Shown piece by piece: positions 48,515 through 58,443 of a DNA stretch of 64,000 nucleotides. The stretch covers positions 417,521 through 481,520 of the forward strand of contig CAWDZM010000001.1 of assembly GCA_963807165.1 (NCBI GenBank), given 5' to 3'. Position numbers and translations under genes: made by a program. The DNA comes from an uncultured bacterium. GTDB taxonomy: Bacteria > Patescibacteriota > Minisyncoccia > UBA6257 > 2-01-FULL-56-20. The stretch's first letter is position 1. Each line of letters opens with the position of its first letter. The notes beneath the pieces are model-generated. The model ran no database searches, had not been told where the DNA came from, and saw only the letters and a program-made list of their open reading frames with translations.

Positions 48515-50668
48515 TTAAACGTCCAAATTCTGCACGGTCGCGGCATGAGCCTGGATAAAATTCTTGCGCGGTTCCACGGCGTCGCCCATTAACGTGTCGA
48601 AAAGCTTGTCGGCTTTCTCGGCGTCGTCCACCATCACCTGCTTCATCAAGCGCACCTCCGGATTCATCGTGGTCTCCCAAAGTTGTTCTGCATTCATTTC
48701 ACCGAGACCTTTGTAGCGCTGGATATTCGGTTGACGCTTGCCGTCACCCTGTCCTTCAGTGACGCCTTCCGGGGATTCGGCGCCTTCCACGCCCTCTTCT
48801 ACTATCGCGGCTTCGGCTGCAACATCAGCAAGTTCCGCGAGCGTGGACGGCGAGGCTTTCTTGCTTGCCTTGCCAGCAGCTGCAGCCTTGGCACTCTTTG
48901 CCGGAAGCGCTGGCGCGTTTTTTTGCATTTCTGTAATCACCTTATCTTTTTCCTCGTCGGAAAATGCGTACTTGATATTCTTGCCAAGCTGGATGCGATA
49001 GAGCGGCGGCTGGGCAATATACACATAGCCACCGTCCACAACCTCGCGGAAGTAGCGATAGAACAATGTGAGTAAGAGCGTGCGAATGTGCGCACCATCA
49101 ACGTCAGCATCTGTCATGATGATGATCTTGTGGTAGCGCAACTTTTCCATACTGAACTCTTCGCCGATCGCAGTGCCGATCGCGATGACGAGAGAGCGAA
49201 CCTCCGCGTTCGCAAGCATCTTGTCCAGGCGCGCGCGCTCCACGTTCAGCGGCTTACCACGCAAAGGCAAGATAGCCTGCGTGTGCCGGTTGCGGCCCTG
49301 CTTGGCGGTGCCTCCTGCAGAATCCCCTTCTACTATAAATAGTTCCGACTCCGCCGCGATCTTGGATGTGCAATCAGCGAGCTTGCCCGGGAGCGTGAGT
49401 CCTTCGAACGCGCCTTTACGCAGAACTGTCTCTCGCGCCGCCTTTGCTGCAAGCCGCGCCTTCGAAGTCAGGATTACCTTCTGGATGATCGCCTTGCCTT
49501 CCGCCGGATGTTTTTCTAAAAATTCCTTCAGCGCTTCGTTCACAACGGACTCCGTCGCAGTGCGCGCCTCCGGATTGCCAAGCTTGGCCTTCGTCTGCCC
49601 CTCGAACTGTGGATCGCGCAACTTTACCGATAGCACGGCAACAATGCCTTCGCGCACATCATCGGCCGTCAGGTTCTCTTCCTTTTCTTTCAGATACCCC
49701 TCGGCGCGCGCGAAGTTGTTGAGCGTACGCGTGAGCGCGGAACGAAAACCGGTCAAATGCATACCGCCCTCTGGAGTAAAGATATTATTCGCGAAACTCA
49801 TTTCAGTAACGCGCGTGTCGTCGATATACAAGAACGCCGCCTCGATATCCAATTTCTCTGCTTCTTTTTCCACATAAAAAATATCTTCGTTGAGGCGATT
49901 CTTTTTCTGTGACAAAAACTTTACATACGAGAGCACGCCGCCTTCGAAATAAAATCCGTAGAAATATGGCACCGGCTTGCGGCGGTCATAAAAATTAATC
50001 CGAACACCTTTCGTAAGGTATGCCTGCTGGCGCAAACGCTCCAATATAACCTTGTCACTGAATTCCATTTCGGAGAATATCTGCGAATCGGGAGAGAACG
50101 TCGTCTTCGTGCCATGACGCTTGGACGCGCCGAGCTTCTTCACTTTATATTCCGGAACACCGCGCTTATATTCCTGCACGTACGATCCACCATCACGCTC
50201 CACTTCTACTTTGACCCACGAGGAGAGCGCATTGACGACAGAGGCGCCGACGCCGTGCAATCCACCGGAAACTTTATATCCCTCGCCGCCAAATTTTCCT
50301 CCAGCGTGAAGCACGGTCATGACCGTCTCGAGCGTTGACTTCTTCGTCTGCGGATGGATATCCACCGGAATGCCACGGCCGTCATCCTGGACGCTCACTT
50401 TATTATCCGGCAAAAGTTCGACGGTAATATTCTTTGCATATCCCGCCATCACTTCATCGATGGCATTGTCTACGATTTCCCAGATCAAGTGGTGCAATCC
50501 CGTGGCGCTCGTGGAACCGATATACATACCCGGACGAAGCCGAACCGGCTCCAATCCCTCAAGAACGGTGATGTCTTTTGCGCCATAGGTGGAACTCCCT
50601 TTATTGCTATTCTTAACCTCTGCTTTTGGAGCTTTTTTTGATTCCTTCTTTGATTCTTTTTCGGCCAT
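48515..50668 (-). CDS. gyrB: DNA gyrase subunit B.
   Basis: The GHKL ATPase, TOPRIM domain and C-terminal IQRYKGLGEMN segment are present. The protein is 717 aa, with a Lys/Ala/Glu-rich insertion before the C-terminal domain. Confidence 0.95.
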   Translation of the reverse strand: MAEKESKKESKKAPKAEVKNSNKGSSTYGAKDITVLEGLEPVRLRPGMYIGSTSATGLHHLIWEIVDNAIDEVMAGYAKNITVELLPDNKVSVQDDGRGIPVDIHPQTKKSTLETVMTVLHAGGKFGGEGYKVSGGLHGVGASVVNALSSWVKVEVERDGGSYVQEYKRGVPEYKVKKLGASKRHGTKTTFSPDSQIFSEMEFSDKVILERLRQQAYLTKGVRINFYDRRKPVPYFYGFYFEGGVLSYVKFLSQKKNRLNEDIFYVEKEAEKLDIEAAFLYIDDTRVTEMSFANNIFTPEGGMHLTGFRSALTRTLNNFARAEGYLKEKEENLTADDVREGIVAVLSVKLRDPQFEGQTKAKLGNPEARTATESVVNEALKEFLEKHPAEGKAIIQKVILTSKARLAAKAARETVLRKGAFEGLTLPGKLADCTSKIAAESELFIVEGDSAGGTAKQGRNRHTQAILPLRGKPLNVERARLDKMLANAEVRSLVIAIGTAIGEEFSMEKLRYHKIIIMTDADVDGAHIRTLLLTLFYRYFREVVDGGYVYIAQPPLYRIQLGKNIKYAFSDEEKDKVITEMQKNAPALPAKSAKAAAAGKASKKASPSTLAELADVAAEAAIVEEGVEGAESPEGVTEGQGDGKRQPNIQRYKGLGEMNAEQLWETTMNPEVRLMKQVMVDDAEKADKLFDTLMGDAVEPRKNFIQAHAATVQNLDV

Positions 50669-50761
50669 TTTTATTGGGGTTTTTACTTATTTTTCGTTAA
50701 AAAATGCCCCTGCGGCAATACAAGTATTTTAGCATGATTTAGAGGAAAAATCCAAAGTAAA

Positions 50762-51058
50762 TTATCCGCGTTTTTCGCCCAAAGAAGATGACACCGTCAT
50801 CGCTATTCCGTCTATCTTTCCTTCAAGATTCGATACTCGATCGATTAGCGTGGTTATGTGTTCTTCCAACTTTTTTATGTCTCCTTCTATGCGGGAAAAA
50901 CCAATCTTAAGATCATCTACTGTTTGCAATTTTCTCCCCACCGCAACCGACCACCCTGCCGTAAAAAGCAGGGCGGTCACAATACTACTAGAGATGGTAT
51001 AGAGTGCATCCATGGTAAATGATTTTGTATTTGATTTTATGATAGTCTTTTCTGTCAT
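50762..51058 (-). CDS. Small membrane hypothetical protein.
   Basis: The protein is 98 aa with an N-terminal transmembrane segment. Confidence 0.35.
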   Translation of the reverse strand: MTEKTIIKSNTKSFTMDALYTISSSIVTALLFTAGWSVAVGRKLQTVDDLKIGFSRIEGDIKKLEEHITTLIDRVSNLEGKIDGIAMTVSSSLGEKRG

Positions 51059-51094
51059 AGAGTCAAAAATGATTTAATCTATTTTTAATGAATC

Positions 51095-52234
51095 CTAGAA
51101 CTTCGTCGTTTGCGGGCTTCCCAACCCCGTCACGTAATCGTATCGCTTGCGCGCATCGCAGTAATACTGGCAGGTGCCGTTCGATCCGCTCGTGATATCA
51201 CGGAAGTACTTGAGCGTGCTCGTGGAAGCCTTGTCAGTGTAGAACTTATCAAGCGCGGCGGTATCGCCAAGCGCCTGGATGGCGGCCCACTGCGGAGCGC
51301 CTGCGCTCGTACCGCCGACGGTGTCCCACGCACCTTTTTTCTTTGTACCGGTGCCCGTGGTGATATAGATAGGGTATCCAGACGCGGGATCTGCATTGTA
51401 GGAGACATCCGGAATCGCACGCATGCCGTTCGCCTTCGAGATCTTGTACGACGTCTGGTATGCGGGCTCTTTTTCATATGCACTCACACCACCACCACTT
51501 CCCGACCATGCGCTCTCAGCAATCAGCGTGCCGCTCGATGCCAACTGCAACGACGTGCCACCGACGCCGATCACATTCGGCGAGGACGCGGGCCAGCTGG
51601 CTCCCGTGCCATCGTCACCAGATGACGCAAAGAATGCGATACTCGAACTCGTCTTGCTTTCAAAATGCGAATCCTCCGAAAGCTCGTCGGAAAATTCCGC
51701 GCCGCCCCAGCTCATCGAAACCGCAACGACATCCTTGCGCGCGGCGGCGTAATCCACGGCGCTCATCAGATTCGCACCGGATGGCGTCTTTGCCTCTACG
51801 AGTAATATCTTTGCGCTCGGCGCGATCGCGTGCGCCCACTCCACGTCGAGCGATGTTTCCATGGCCCAACCGCTGTTCGATGCGGTCGAACTCGCCATTT
51901 TATGTTTTTCGAAACAGCCATTTGCGGTAGTACACGCTGGCAGATTGAACTGTTTATCAAACGCTGCCAGATCACTTTCCATATTCGTGTCATCGTACGC
52001 ATCAATAAGCGCGATCGTCCCCTTTCCGCCAGTGGCAGGAAGGTTATAGATCTTTTTTATTTCCGCCGGTGTCACGCCGGAAGGCGTCGTTTGTGCCGAC
52101 TTGAATACGTGCACCGGCGGCGTCCCCTGAAAATCCGAAAACCGATACGCCGCCTGTGCGGCACCCACGGGAACAAGCGCGGAAGCGGCCGCGAGGAACG
52201 CGACAAGCACCGCAGATAGTTTTTTTGTTTTCAT
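51095..52234 (-). CDS. Secreted S53 (sedolisin-family) serine peptidase.
   Basis: It has a signal peptide, a pro-domain and the catalytic Ser in GGTSAGAPQWAAIQAL. Confidence 0.75.
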   Translation of the reverse strand: MKTKKLSAVLVAFLAAASALVPVGAAQAAYRFSDFQGTPPVHVFKSAQTTPSGVTPAEIKKIYNLPATGGKGTIALIDAYDDTNMESDLAAFDKQFNLPACTTANGCFEKHKMASSTASNSGWAMETSLDVEWAHAIAPSAKILLVEAKTPSGANLMSAVDYAAARKDVVAVSMSWGGAEFSDELSEDSHFESKTSSSIAFFASSGDDGTGASWPASSPNVIGVGGTSLQLASSGTLIAESAWSGSGGGVSAYEKEPAYQTSYKISKANGMRAIPDVSYNADPASGYPIYITTGTGTKKKGAWDTVGGTSAGAPQWAAIQALGDTAALDKFYTDKASTSTLKYFRDITSGSNGTCQYYCDARKRYDYVTGLGSPQTTKF

Positions 52235-52237
52235 ACC

Positions 52238-52276
52238 CCGAGCGTAGCACAGAGGGCATTAAAACTATCTAAAATG
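52238..52276 (-). promoter_or_regulatory. Conserved promoter-like motif, copy 4 of 4, upstream of the S53 peptidase.
   Basis: The minus strand reads TTTTAGATAGTTTTAATG, then an 11-nt spacer, then TACGCT. A GGGGT Shine-Dalgarno-like sequence and the ATG follow. Confidence 0.6.
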
Positions 52277-52282
52277 TAAGAA

Positions 52283-52353
52283 AAATAATGCCTTCATTGT
52301 CTCGCTCCAGCGTAAGCACGCCCACTCGCTCGACAACGAAGGCATTATTTTTC
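52283..52353 (-). terminator. Terminator hairpin downstream of the M13 peptidase gene.
   Basis: A stem of about 16 bp, with one mismatch, is followed by a U-run on the minus strand. Confidence 0.55.
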
Positions 52354-52371
52354 AATATCACTTAAGAGAGG

Positions 52372-54303
52372 CTACCAAATCTTTACACGATCACTATCCT
52401 CGCGATACAGCTTTTCGCCCGGCTTTACGTCAAATGCCTTATAAAATTCCAGCATATTGGAAAGCGAGCCATTCACGCGATACACACCGGGAGAGTGCGG
52501 ATCTGTTTGTATCCGCACTCGTAATGCTTCATCGCGAAGATTTTCACATTCTGTCACGGCGTAACTCGAAAAAAATCTTTGTGCTATAGCTTTATTGGCT
52601 TCCATCGCTACATCACCGCCAAGCGCTAATACCAAGCCATCATACGCGATAAGGAGACCCCCCAAATCAGCGATATTCTCACCCAGCGTAAGCTTTCCGT
52701 TCACATGCAAGCCGGGTAACGGCTCATAGGCGTCGAATTGTTCTGCGAGATGTGCGGTTTGTTTATCAAAACGCCCCTTGTCTTCATCAGTCCACCAATT
52801 TTGCAGATTGCCATGAGCGTCGAAGAGAGCACCCTTATCATCAAATCCATGGGTGAGTTCATGGCCAATGGTCGCACCGATGCCACCGAAATTAGTGGCA
52901 TCATCCGCAGCCGGGTCAAAAAATGGTGGTTGCAAGATCGCCGCAGGGAAAAGTATCTCGTTCATAGTGGGCGAATAACACGCGTTCACCACCTGCGGCA
53001 TCATATACCATTCCGTCCGATCCACCGGCTTCCCGATCTTTCTCATTTGCCGGTCGAATTCATCTATATGAGCTGCCAGATAATTCTGCAGATAGGAATC
53101 GGTGGCGATCGTAAGCGTAGTAATATCTTTCCACTTATCAGGATACCCTAATTTCCTGGCTATGTTCTCAAGTTTCGCGATCGCCTTTTGCTTGGTTTCA
53201 GGACTCATCCAATCCAACTTCTCGATACGCGTTCTATATGCCGCAGTAAGATGATCAACGAGTGTATTTATTTTGGCTTTCGCGCTCTCGCTGAAATGTT
53301 TTTCGACGTAGAGCTGACCCACTGCCTCATCGAGCATGGCATTGACCACACCAAGCACCCTCCGCCAGCGTGGCTTCATCTCTGTTGCGCCGCCGAACGT
53401 ACGCCCATAGAAATCAAACCATGCCCCCTCAAAATCCTCGCTCAAAAAATTAGCAAACCCGTTCAATACGTGCCATCGCAGATATGCCTTGATGTCATCT
53501 ATCGAACATTCCTCGAAAATAGCGTTAACTTCCTTTATAAATTCCGGTTGAAGCACAATTATGTATTCGGGAATCGGCACCTGCATACCCTCGAGATACT
53601 TTACCCAATCCACGCGCGGCGCAATCGCCGAAAGCTCAGCGAGCGTCATCTTGTGATATTGCTTTTCAATGTCACGCAATTCCACATGCGTCATTGATGC
53701 GCGGGCAAGGCGCACTTCGATGTCAACAAATTGCCGTGACACCGGTCGATATCCGACAATAACTGCCGAGAGCGCAAGCATTCCTTCTGTGTAGGATGTA
53801 TACTTCACGCGAATATCGCGACTTTTTTCATCATCGTTCAGATAATAATCTCTATCGGGCAAGCTCAAGCCATTTTGACCAAGATACAATACTATCGCTT
53901 CACTATTCTTCATATCTTGGTCAGCCATAGGTGCCCAGAAGGCACCTACTCCTCGCCGGTGCAAATATCCCAGCAATGCCCCGAGTCCTGCAATGTCGGA
54001 GGCTCCGTCAATCATGGCAAAAATATCTTTCAATGGGGCATCCTTTAAAGTATTCACTTTTTCAACATCCATGCCGGTCTGATAAAAATCTCGTACTTTT
54101 CTGGCATTTTCATCCAACACGATGCCAGGGGTATGATCCGTCTCCGTGATCCCATCAAAGATCTCCTTCAGCTGCTTTTCGACTTCGACCCGAAGTATAT
54201 TGAACGACCCCCATCGCGATTCTTCGGGCGGGATAGGATTCTCTTCGATCCACGTGCCGTTTACAAAATGAAAGAAATCATCCCCGGGTTTCATAGTAAT
54301 CAT
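52372..54303 (-). CDS. M13-family zinc metalloendopeptidase (PepO/neprilysin-like).
   Basis: The HELTHGFDD zinc motif and GENIADLGGL are present. The protein is 643 aa. Confidence 0.9.
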   Translation of the reverse strand: MITMKPGDDFFHFVNGTWIEENPIPPEESRWGSFNILRVEVEKQLKEIFDGITETDHTPGIVLDENARKVRDFYQTGMDVEKVNTLKDAPLKDIFAMIDGASDIAGLGALLGYLHRRGVGAFWAPMADQDMKNSEAIVLYLGQNGLSLPDRDYYLNDDEKSRDIRVKYTSYTEGMLALSAVIVGYRPVSRQFVDIEVRLARASMTHVELRDIEKQYHKMTLAELSAIAPRVDWVKYLEGMQVPIPEYIIVLQPEFIKEVNAIFEECSIDDIKAYLRWHVLNGFANFLSEDFEGAWFDFYGRTFGGATEMKPRWRRVLGVVNAMLDEAVGQLYVEKHFSESAKAKINTLVDHLTAAYRTRIEKLDWMSPETKQKAIAKLENIARKLGYPDKWKDITTLTIATDSYLQNYLAAHIDEFDRQMRKIGKPVDRTEWYMMPQVVNACYSPTMNEILFPAAILQPPFFDPAADDATNFGGIGATIGHELTHGFDDKGALFDAHGNLQNWWTDEDKGRFDKQTAHLAEQFDAYEPLPGLHVNGKLTLGENIADLGGLLIAYDGLVLALGGDVAMEANKAIAQRFFSSYAVTECENLRDEALRVRIQTDPHSPGVYRVNGSLSNMLEFYKAFDVKPGEKLYREDSDRVKIW

Positions 54304-54397
54304 AGTTATCCCATTATAGGGTAAAATATCCGGATACCAAAGCCATTGGCAAAGTCACATCAAGCGCGGTATACTCTTAGAAATAAAACTATTTATC

Positions 54398-54916
54398 ATG
54401 AAAAAATACATCATCGCAGGAGTGCTCGTGGTCGCGTTTGTCGCGTATCTTCTGTTTGCCAATAAAAACTCTACGCAGGTGGCAGCAGTAACGCCGCAAG
54501 GATCGCCCAGCACCACCGGGCCAACATCACTCCCGCCCACCAGCACCACGAGCGGCGCGGGGAATAACCCCCCAGCGAGCGACACTAGCAGCGGTGGCAC
54601 AACGACCACCCCACCAATAACAAAGCCGGCTGGCCAATATAAAGATGGCACCTATACCGGCACAGTCGCCGATGCGTTCTATGGAAACCTCCAGGCAGTC
54701 GCCGTCATCCAGGGCGGTGCGCTGGTAGATGTGAAATTCCCGCAGGCTCCGAGTGGCGGACACTCAAGCGACGTCAGCGCCGCGGCGTTGCCGGCACTCA
54801 GACAGGAGGCGATTGCCGCGCAAAGCGCGAACGTCAACATCGTTTCCGGTGCCACGCAGGACAGCCAGGCCTTCCAGCAATCACTCGGTTCAGCACTCGC
54901 CCAAGCAAAGAGCTAA
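54398..54916 (+). CDS. Exported FMN-binding domain protein.
   Basis: It has a signal anchor and a Thr/Pro-rich linker. The FMN_bind-like segment is YKDGTYTGTVADAFYGNLQAVAV...GATQDSQAFQQSL. Confidence 0.7.
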   Translation: MKKYIIAGVLVVAFVAYLLFANKNSTQVAAVTPQGSPSTTGPTSLPPTSTTSGAGNNPPASDTSSGGTTTTPPITKPAGQYKDGTYTGTVADAFYGNLQAVAVIQGGALVDVKFPQAPSGGHSSDVSAAALPALRQEAIAAQSANVNIVSGATQDSQAFQQSLGSALAQAKS

Positions 54917-55662
54917 TGAAACAAACGCGGTTTATGATGGGAATGCCCATCACCGTCGAAATTATTGATCCGCGCACAACGGAGGAAATTTTTAATGAAG
55001 TTTTTAACTATTTCGCGCATATAGATGAAACATTCAGCACCTATAAGCCAGCAAGTGAGATAAGCGCGATCAATAACGGATCGCTCGCGCCCGGCGACGC
55101 GAGCGAAGAGATGCAACTTGTCCTCGCGATGTGTGAGGAAACAAAGCGCGAGACGAACGGCTACTTTGACATTAAAACTCCGGCTGGAAAGATCGATCCA
55201 TCCGGAATCGTAAAAGGCTGGGCGATCTGGAACGCGGCGAAGTTGCTTGAAAAGAATGGTTTTGAAAATTTTTATATTGATGCGGGCGGCGACATCCAAC
55301 CGCATGGCCATAATGCGGATGGCAAACGATGGGCGATCGGCATAAAAAATCCCTTCAATGAATTTGAGAATGTGAAAGTGATATATGCGAGCGAGGAAGG
55401 CGTTGCCACCTCCGGCACATACATTCGCGGATTGCATATCTATAATCCACGCGCAGGAAACGAACCGGTCAGCGGCATTATAAGCCTTACCGTAATTGGC
55501 CCGAATATCCACGATGCCGATCGCTTCGCCACCGCCGCGTTCGCCATGGGCGCAGATGGCATCAATTTTATCGAACAGCTCCCCGGCTACGAAGGATATA
55601 GAATAGATAAGAATAAGGTCGCGACCATGACGACGGAATTCGAAAAATATACCATCGCATAA
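54916..55662 (+). CDS. apbE: FAD:protein FMN transferase ApbE.
   Basis: ApbE family features are MGMPITVEI, DIKTPAGKIDPSGIVKGWA and GGDIQ. The start overlaps the stop of the upstream gene. Confidence 0.85.
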   Translation: MKQTRFMMGMPITVEIIDPRTTEEIFNEVFNYFAHIDETFSTYKPASEISAINNGSLAPGDASEEMQLVLAMCEETKRETNGYFDIKTPAGKIDPSGIVKGWAIWNAAKLLEKNGFENFYIDAGGDIQPHGHNADGKRWAIGIKNPFNEFENVKVIYASEEGVATSGTYIRGLHIYNPRAGNEPVSGIISLTVIGPNIHDADRFATAAFAMGADGINFIEQLPGYEGYRIDKNKVATMTTEFEKYTIA

Positions 55663-55680
55663 TAGCGAAACAAAAAAAAT

Positions 55681-57186
55681 ATGAACTTCATTGACCGATT
55701 CCTAAACAACATCACGATGTATCGCCTCGTGATGTATTACCTCATAATCCTCCTCGCGATCGCGGCGATCTTTGGTGCAACGGGGATCCTGCCATACAAT
55801 CCGGTCGCTATCATTTTTTCCACGCTCTTCCTACTCATCATCGCCTGGGCGACGAACGGCATTCTCGCAAAATTGATGAGTGCCCAACCGAACACGGAAT
55901 CAGTTTACATTACCGCGCTCATCCTTGCCCTCATCATCACGCCGGGGATGCCGACTGATGTTTCAACGGTCATCTTCCTCGCATGGGCAGCGGTAATCGC
56001 GATGGCATCAAAGTACGTTTTCGCCATCGACAAAAAACATATCTTCAACCCTGCGGCGTTCGCCGTGGCCGTTACCGCGCTTGCGCTCAACCAATCGGCG
56101 AGCTGGTGGATTGGTGGCAATGTGCCGATGATGGCATTCGTGATCGTTGGCGGACTGCTCGTGCTCCGCAAGATCCAGCGCTTTGATCTGGCGCTCACGT
56201 TCTTTGTATTCGCCCTCGCAAGCGACGTTGTAACGCACCTGGCGTTTGATCCGGTCTCGACTATCCAAAAGGCCCTGCTTCACACCCCGCTCTTCTTCTT
56301 TGCCTCAATCATGATCACCGAACCGCTTACCACGCCGCCGACGCGGCGCTGGCGCATGATCTATGGCGCGATCGTCGGCGCGCTCTTCTCCCCCGCCATC
56401 GCCATCGCTGGGATCTCCTCATCTCCCGAGCTTGCGCTCCTCGTCGGTAATATATTTTCGTACATCGTCAGCCCGAAAGGAAAACGCGTGCTCACCCTCA
56501 AAGAAAAACAAACCGTCGGCGCCGACATTCATCATCTCGTCTTTACGACAGATAAGAAGCTAGCATTCCGACCCGGACAATATTTGGAGTGGACGCTTGG
56601 CGGCGGCACTCACAACGCCAGCTCAACCGACGGCCGCGGCAACCGCCGCTACTTCACCATCGCGTCGGCGCCGACGGAAGACACCATCCAACTCGGCATA
56701 AAATCCTATGAGCCATCGAGCAGTTTCAAAAAACAATTGCTTACAATGAAGCCTGGCGATACGATCATCGCGGGACAGCTTGCGGGAGAATTTACTCTGC
56801 CAAAAGATCCAAAACAAAAACTGGCGTTCATCGCGGGCGGCATCGGCATCACGCCGTTCCGTAGCATGGTAAAAGATCTCATCGATCGGGATGAAAAACG
56901 CGATGCGGTACTCTTCTATTCCAATCGCACCGCGAGCGAAGTGGCATACCGCGATATATTTGATGAGGCCGAAAGAAAATTTGGGATGAAAACAATCTAT
57001 ACCATGACCGATGGCGGCGACCGCCTCACGGCCGATATGATCAAAAAAGAAATCTCCGATTACGGGGAGCGTATGTTCTATATTTCCGGCACGCACGCGA
57101 TGACGAACTCGTTCCGGAAAACATTGCGCGAAATGGGCGTCTCTCTCGCGAATATTAAAACGGATTTCTTCCCAGGATTCGCGTAG
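55681..57186 (+). CDS. Polytopic membrane domain (RnfD/NqrB-like) fused to an FAD/NAD(P)-binding ferredoxin-reductase-like domain.
   Basis: About eight transmembrane helices are followed by the FAD-binding RRYFTIASAP segment and the NAD-binding FIAGGIGITPFRSM segment. The motif PTDVSTV is a possible flavinylation site. Confidence 0.75.
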   Translation: MNFIDRFLNNITMYRLVMYYLIILLAIAAIFGATGILPYNPVAIIFSTLFLLIIAWATNGILAKLMSAQPNTESVYITALILALIITPGMPTDVSTVIFLAWAAVIAMASKYVFAIDKKHIFNPAAFAVAVTALALNQSASWWIGGNVPMMAFVIVGGLLVLRKIQRFDLALTFFVFALASDVVTHLAFDPVSTIQKALLHTPLFFFASIMITEPLTTPPTRRWRMIYGAIVGALFSPAIAIAGISSSPELALLVGNIFSYIVSPKGKRVLTLKEKQTVGADIHHLVFTTDKKLAFRPGQYLEWTLGGGTHNASSTDGRGNRRYFTIASAPTEDTIQLGIKSYEPSSSFKKQLLTMKPGDTIIAGQLAGEFTLPKDPKQKLAFIAGGIGITPFRSMVKDLIDRDEKRDAVLFYSNRTASEVAYRDIFDEAERKFGMKTIYTMTDGGDRLTADMIKKEISDYGERMFYISGTHAMTNSFRKTLREMGVSLANIKTDFFPGFA

Positions 57187-57207
57187 TGCTCACCACGGAC
57201 ACAAAAT

Positions 57208-57753
57208 TTAATTTTCGGCGCCAACTCCCATGGGAGAAGATACTGAATACGAAGGAGTGACCTCTGAGCGAAGAGGAGGAAAAGAGGAGGGAATCACCCA
57301 ATCCCCCAATTCCTTCATAAACTCTTCGCGACGCTCTTCAATGCCAATCTCCTTAAGGTGCCACCGCGGACGACACTCCGGAGTATATTCATAATGACCA
57401 CACACCTCTCCATCCCTAAAAATGCGAATATGATATTGCCGCTCGAAGCTTTCGATCTTCCTTATCCCAATAATTTCCCCTTCTTCCCTCCATGCAATGA
57501 AATTATTTCCCCACCCGCGGGATTCCAGATATTTTAAGAATTCGGCAACATCCCTCCCCGGGGCAAGGGTGCCGAGCGTATAGTTGTGCCTGCTTTCATG
57601 ATGGAGTACCCCGACGTTCAACAAAAAGTCCCGCCCGTGATTATGAAAAGGGGTAATCAGCCTCCAGAACACATATTTCGACCGGTTATTTATCCCTTTT
57701 GGATACGGTAAGACCGAGTCAGGGATACTCCGCCTAAGGGCTATTTCGTCCAT
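57208..57753 (-). CDS. Hypothetical protein of 181 aa.
   Basis: It is His-rich (HHESRH, YHIRIF, HYEYTP). No family could be assigned. It lies downstream of the 2H phosphoesterase gene. Confidence 0.4.
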   Translation of the reverse strand: MDEIALRRSIPDSVLPYPKGINNRSKYVFWRLITPFHNHGRDFLLNVGVLHHESRHNYTLGTLAPGRDVAEFLKYLESRGWGNNFIAWREEGEIIGIRKIESFERQYHIRIFRDGEVCGHYEYTPECRPRWHLKEIGIEERREEFMKELGDWVIPSSFPPLRSEVTPSYSVSSPMGVGAEN

Positions 57754-57838
57754 AAATTAGCAATAAATCAGATAAAAGCCTACGAAACCATTATAGCATA
57801 TCGGGGGAAATTGCACACTGATCGCCGCTCAAGAAATT

Positions 57839-58375
57839 TTAGCCGCTCAATTGGCATTCTCCAACCTTAACCCAGCTATCTGCCTCCCCCTCTGTTCGGT
57901 ATAAGAACACCTTATCTACGATGAATTTCATAGGGACTGGGAGCGACAACGATGCGATCGCTTCATTTTTATGAACGTATAAAGAACTCCCGTAGTACAG
58001 GCTTAGATGGGGAAAATAAATATTTACGTCCTGAATCCCAAAGATATTCAGCGCTTCCTGATGATAGCTTTTTAATTCGGGGCTGTACTCCGTCTTGCAG
58101 TACAGAGCACGAAAGTAAGCCTCTTCCGCACAAATGGTTTTCGGCTCGATTTCGAACGGCCTCATCATACCCGCAAGTTTTCGGGTTTTGATCATCAACT
58201 CTTCCTCCCCTGCCTTCGGGATCCTCGCTAATAAGGTGACGTGGGGTTCAAGCTTTATGCCGTCATACCGCTCGGCGAGGGTATCTATGATATCCTGCAA
58301 CTCGGTAAAAAGCTTTTTGGGCGGCAGGAAAAATAAATGATATCCGACGGTTTTACTGTCCTTGGGATCGAACAT
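57839..58375 (-). CDS. 2H-phosphoesterase superfamily protein (LigT/ThpR-like).
   Basis: Two H-x-T/S-x motifs are present: HVTL and HLSL. Confidence 0.7.
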   Translation of the reverse strand: MFDPKDSKTVGYHLFFLPPKKLFTELQDIIDTLAERYDGIKLEPHVTLLARIPKAGEEELMIKTRKLAGMMRPFEIEPKTICAEEAYFRALYCKTEYSPELKSYHQEALNIFGIQDVNIYFPHLSLYYGSSLYVHKNEAIASLSLPVPMKFIVDKVFLYRTEGEADSWVKVGECQLSG

Positions 58376-58443
58376 CCTAAAATTCTAACATGTCATCCGC
58401 GTGGCATTGCCAGTGCTCGAGCAGAGTTCTGCTACCAGCTCCG

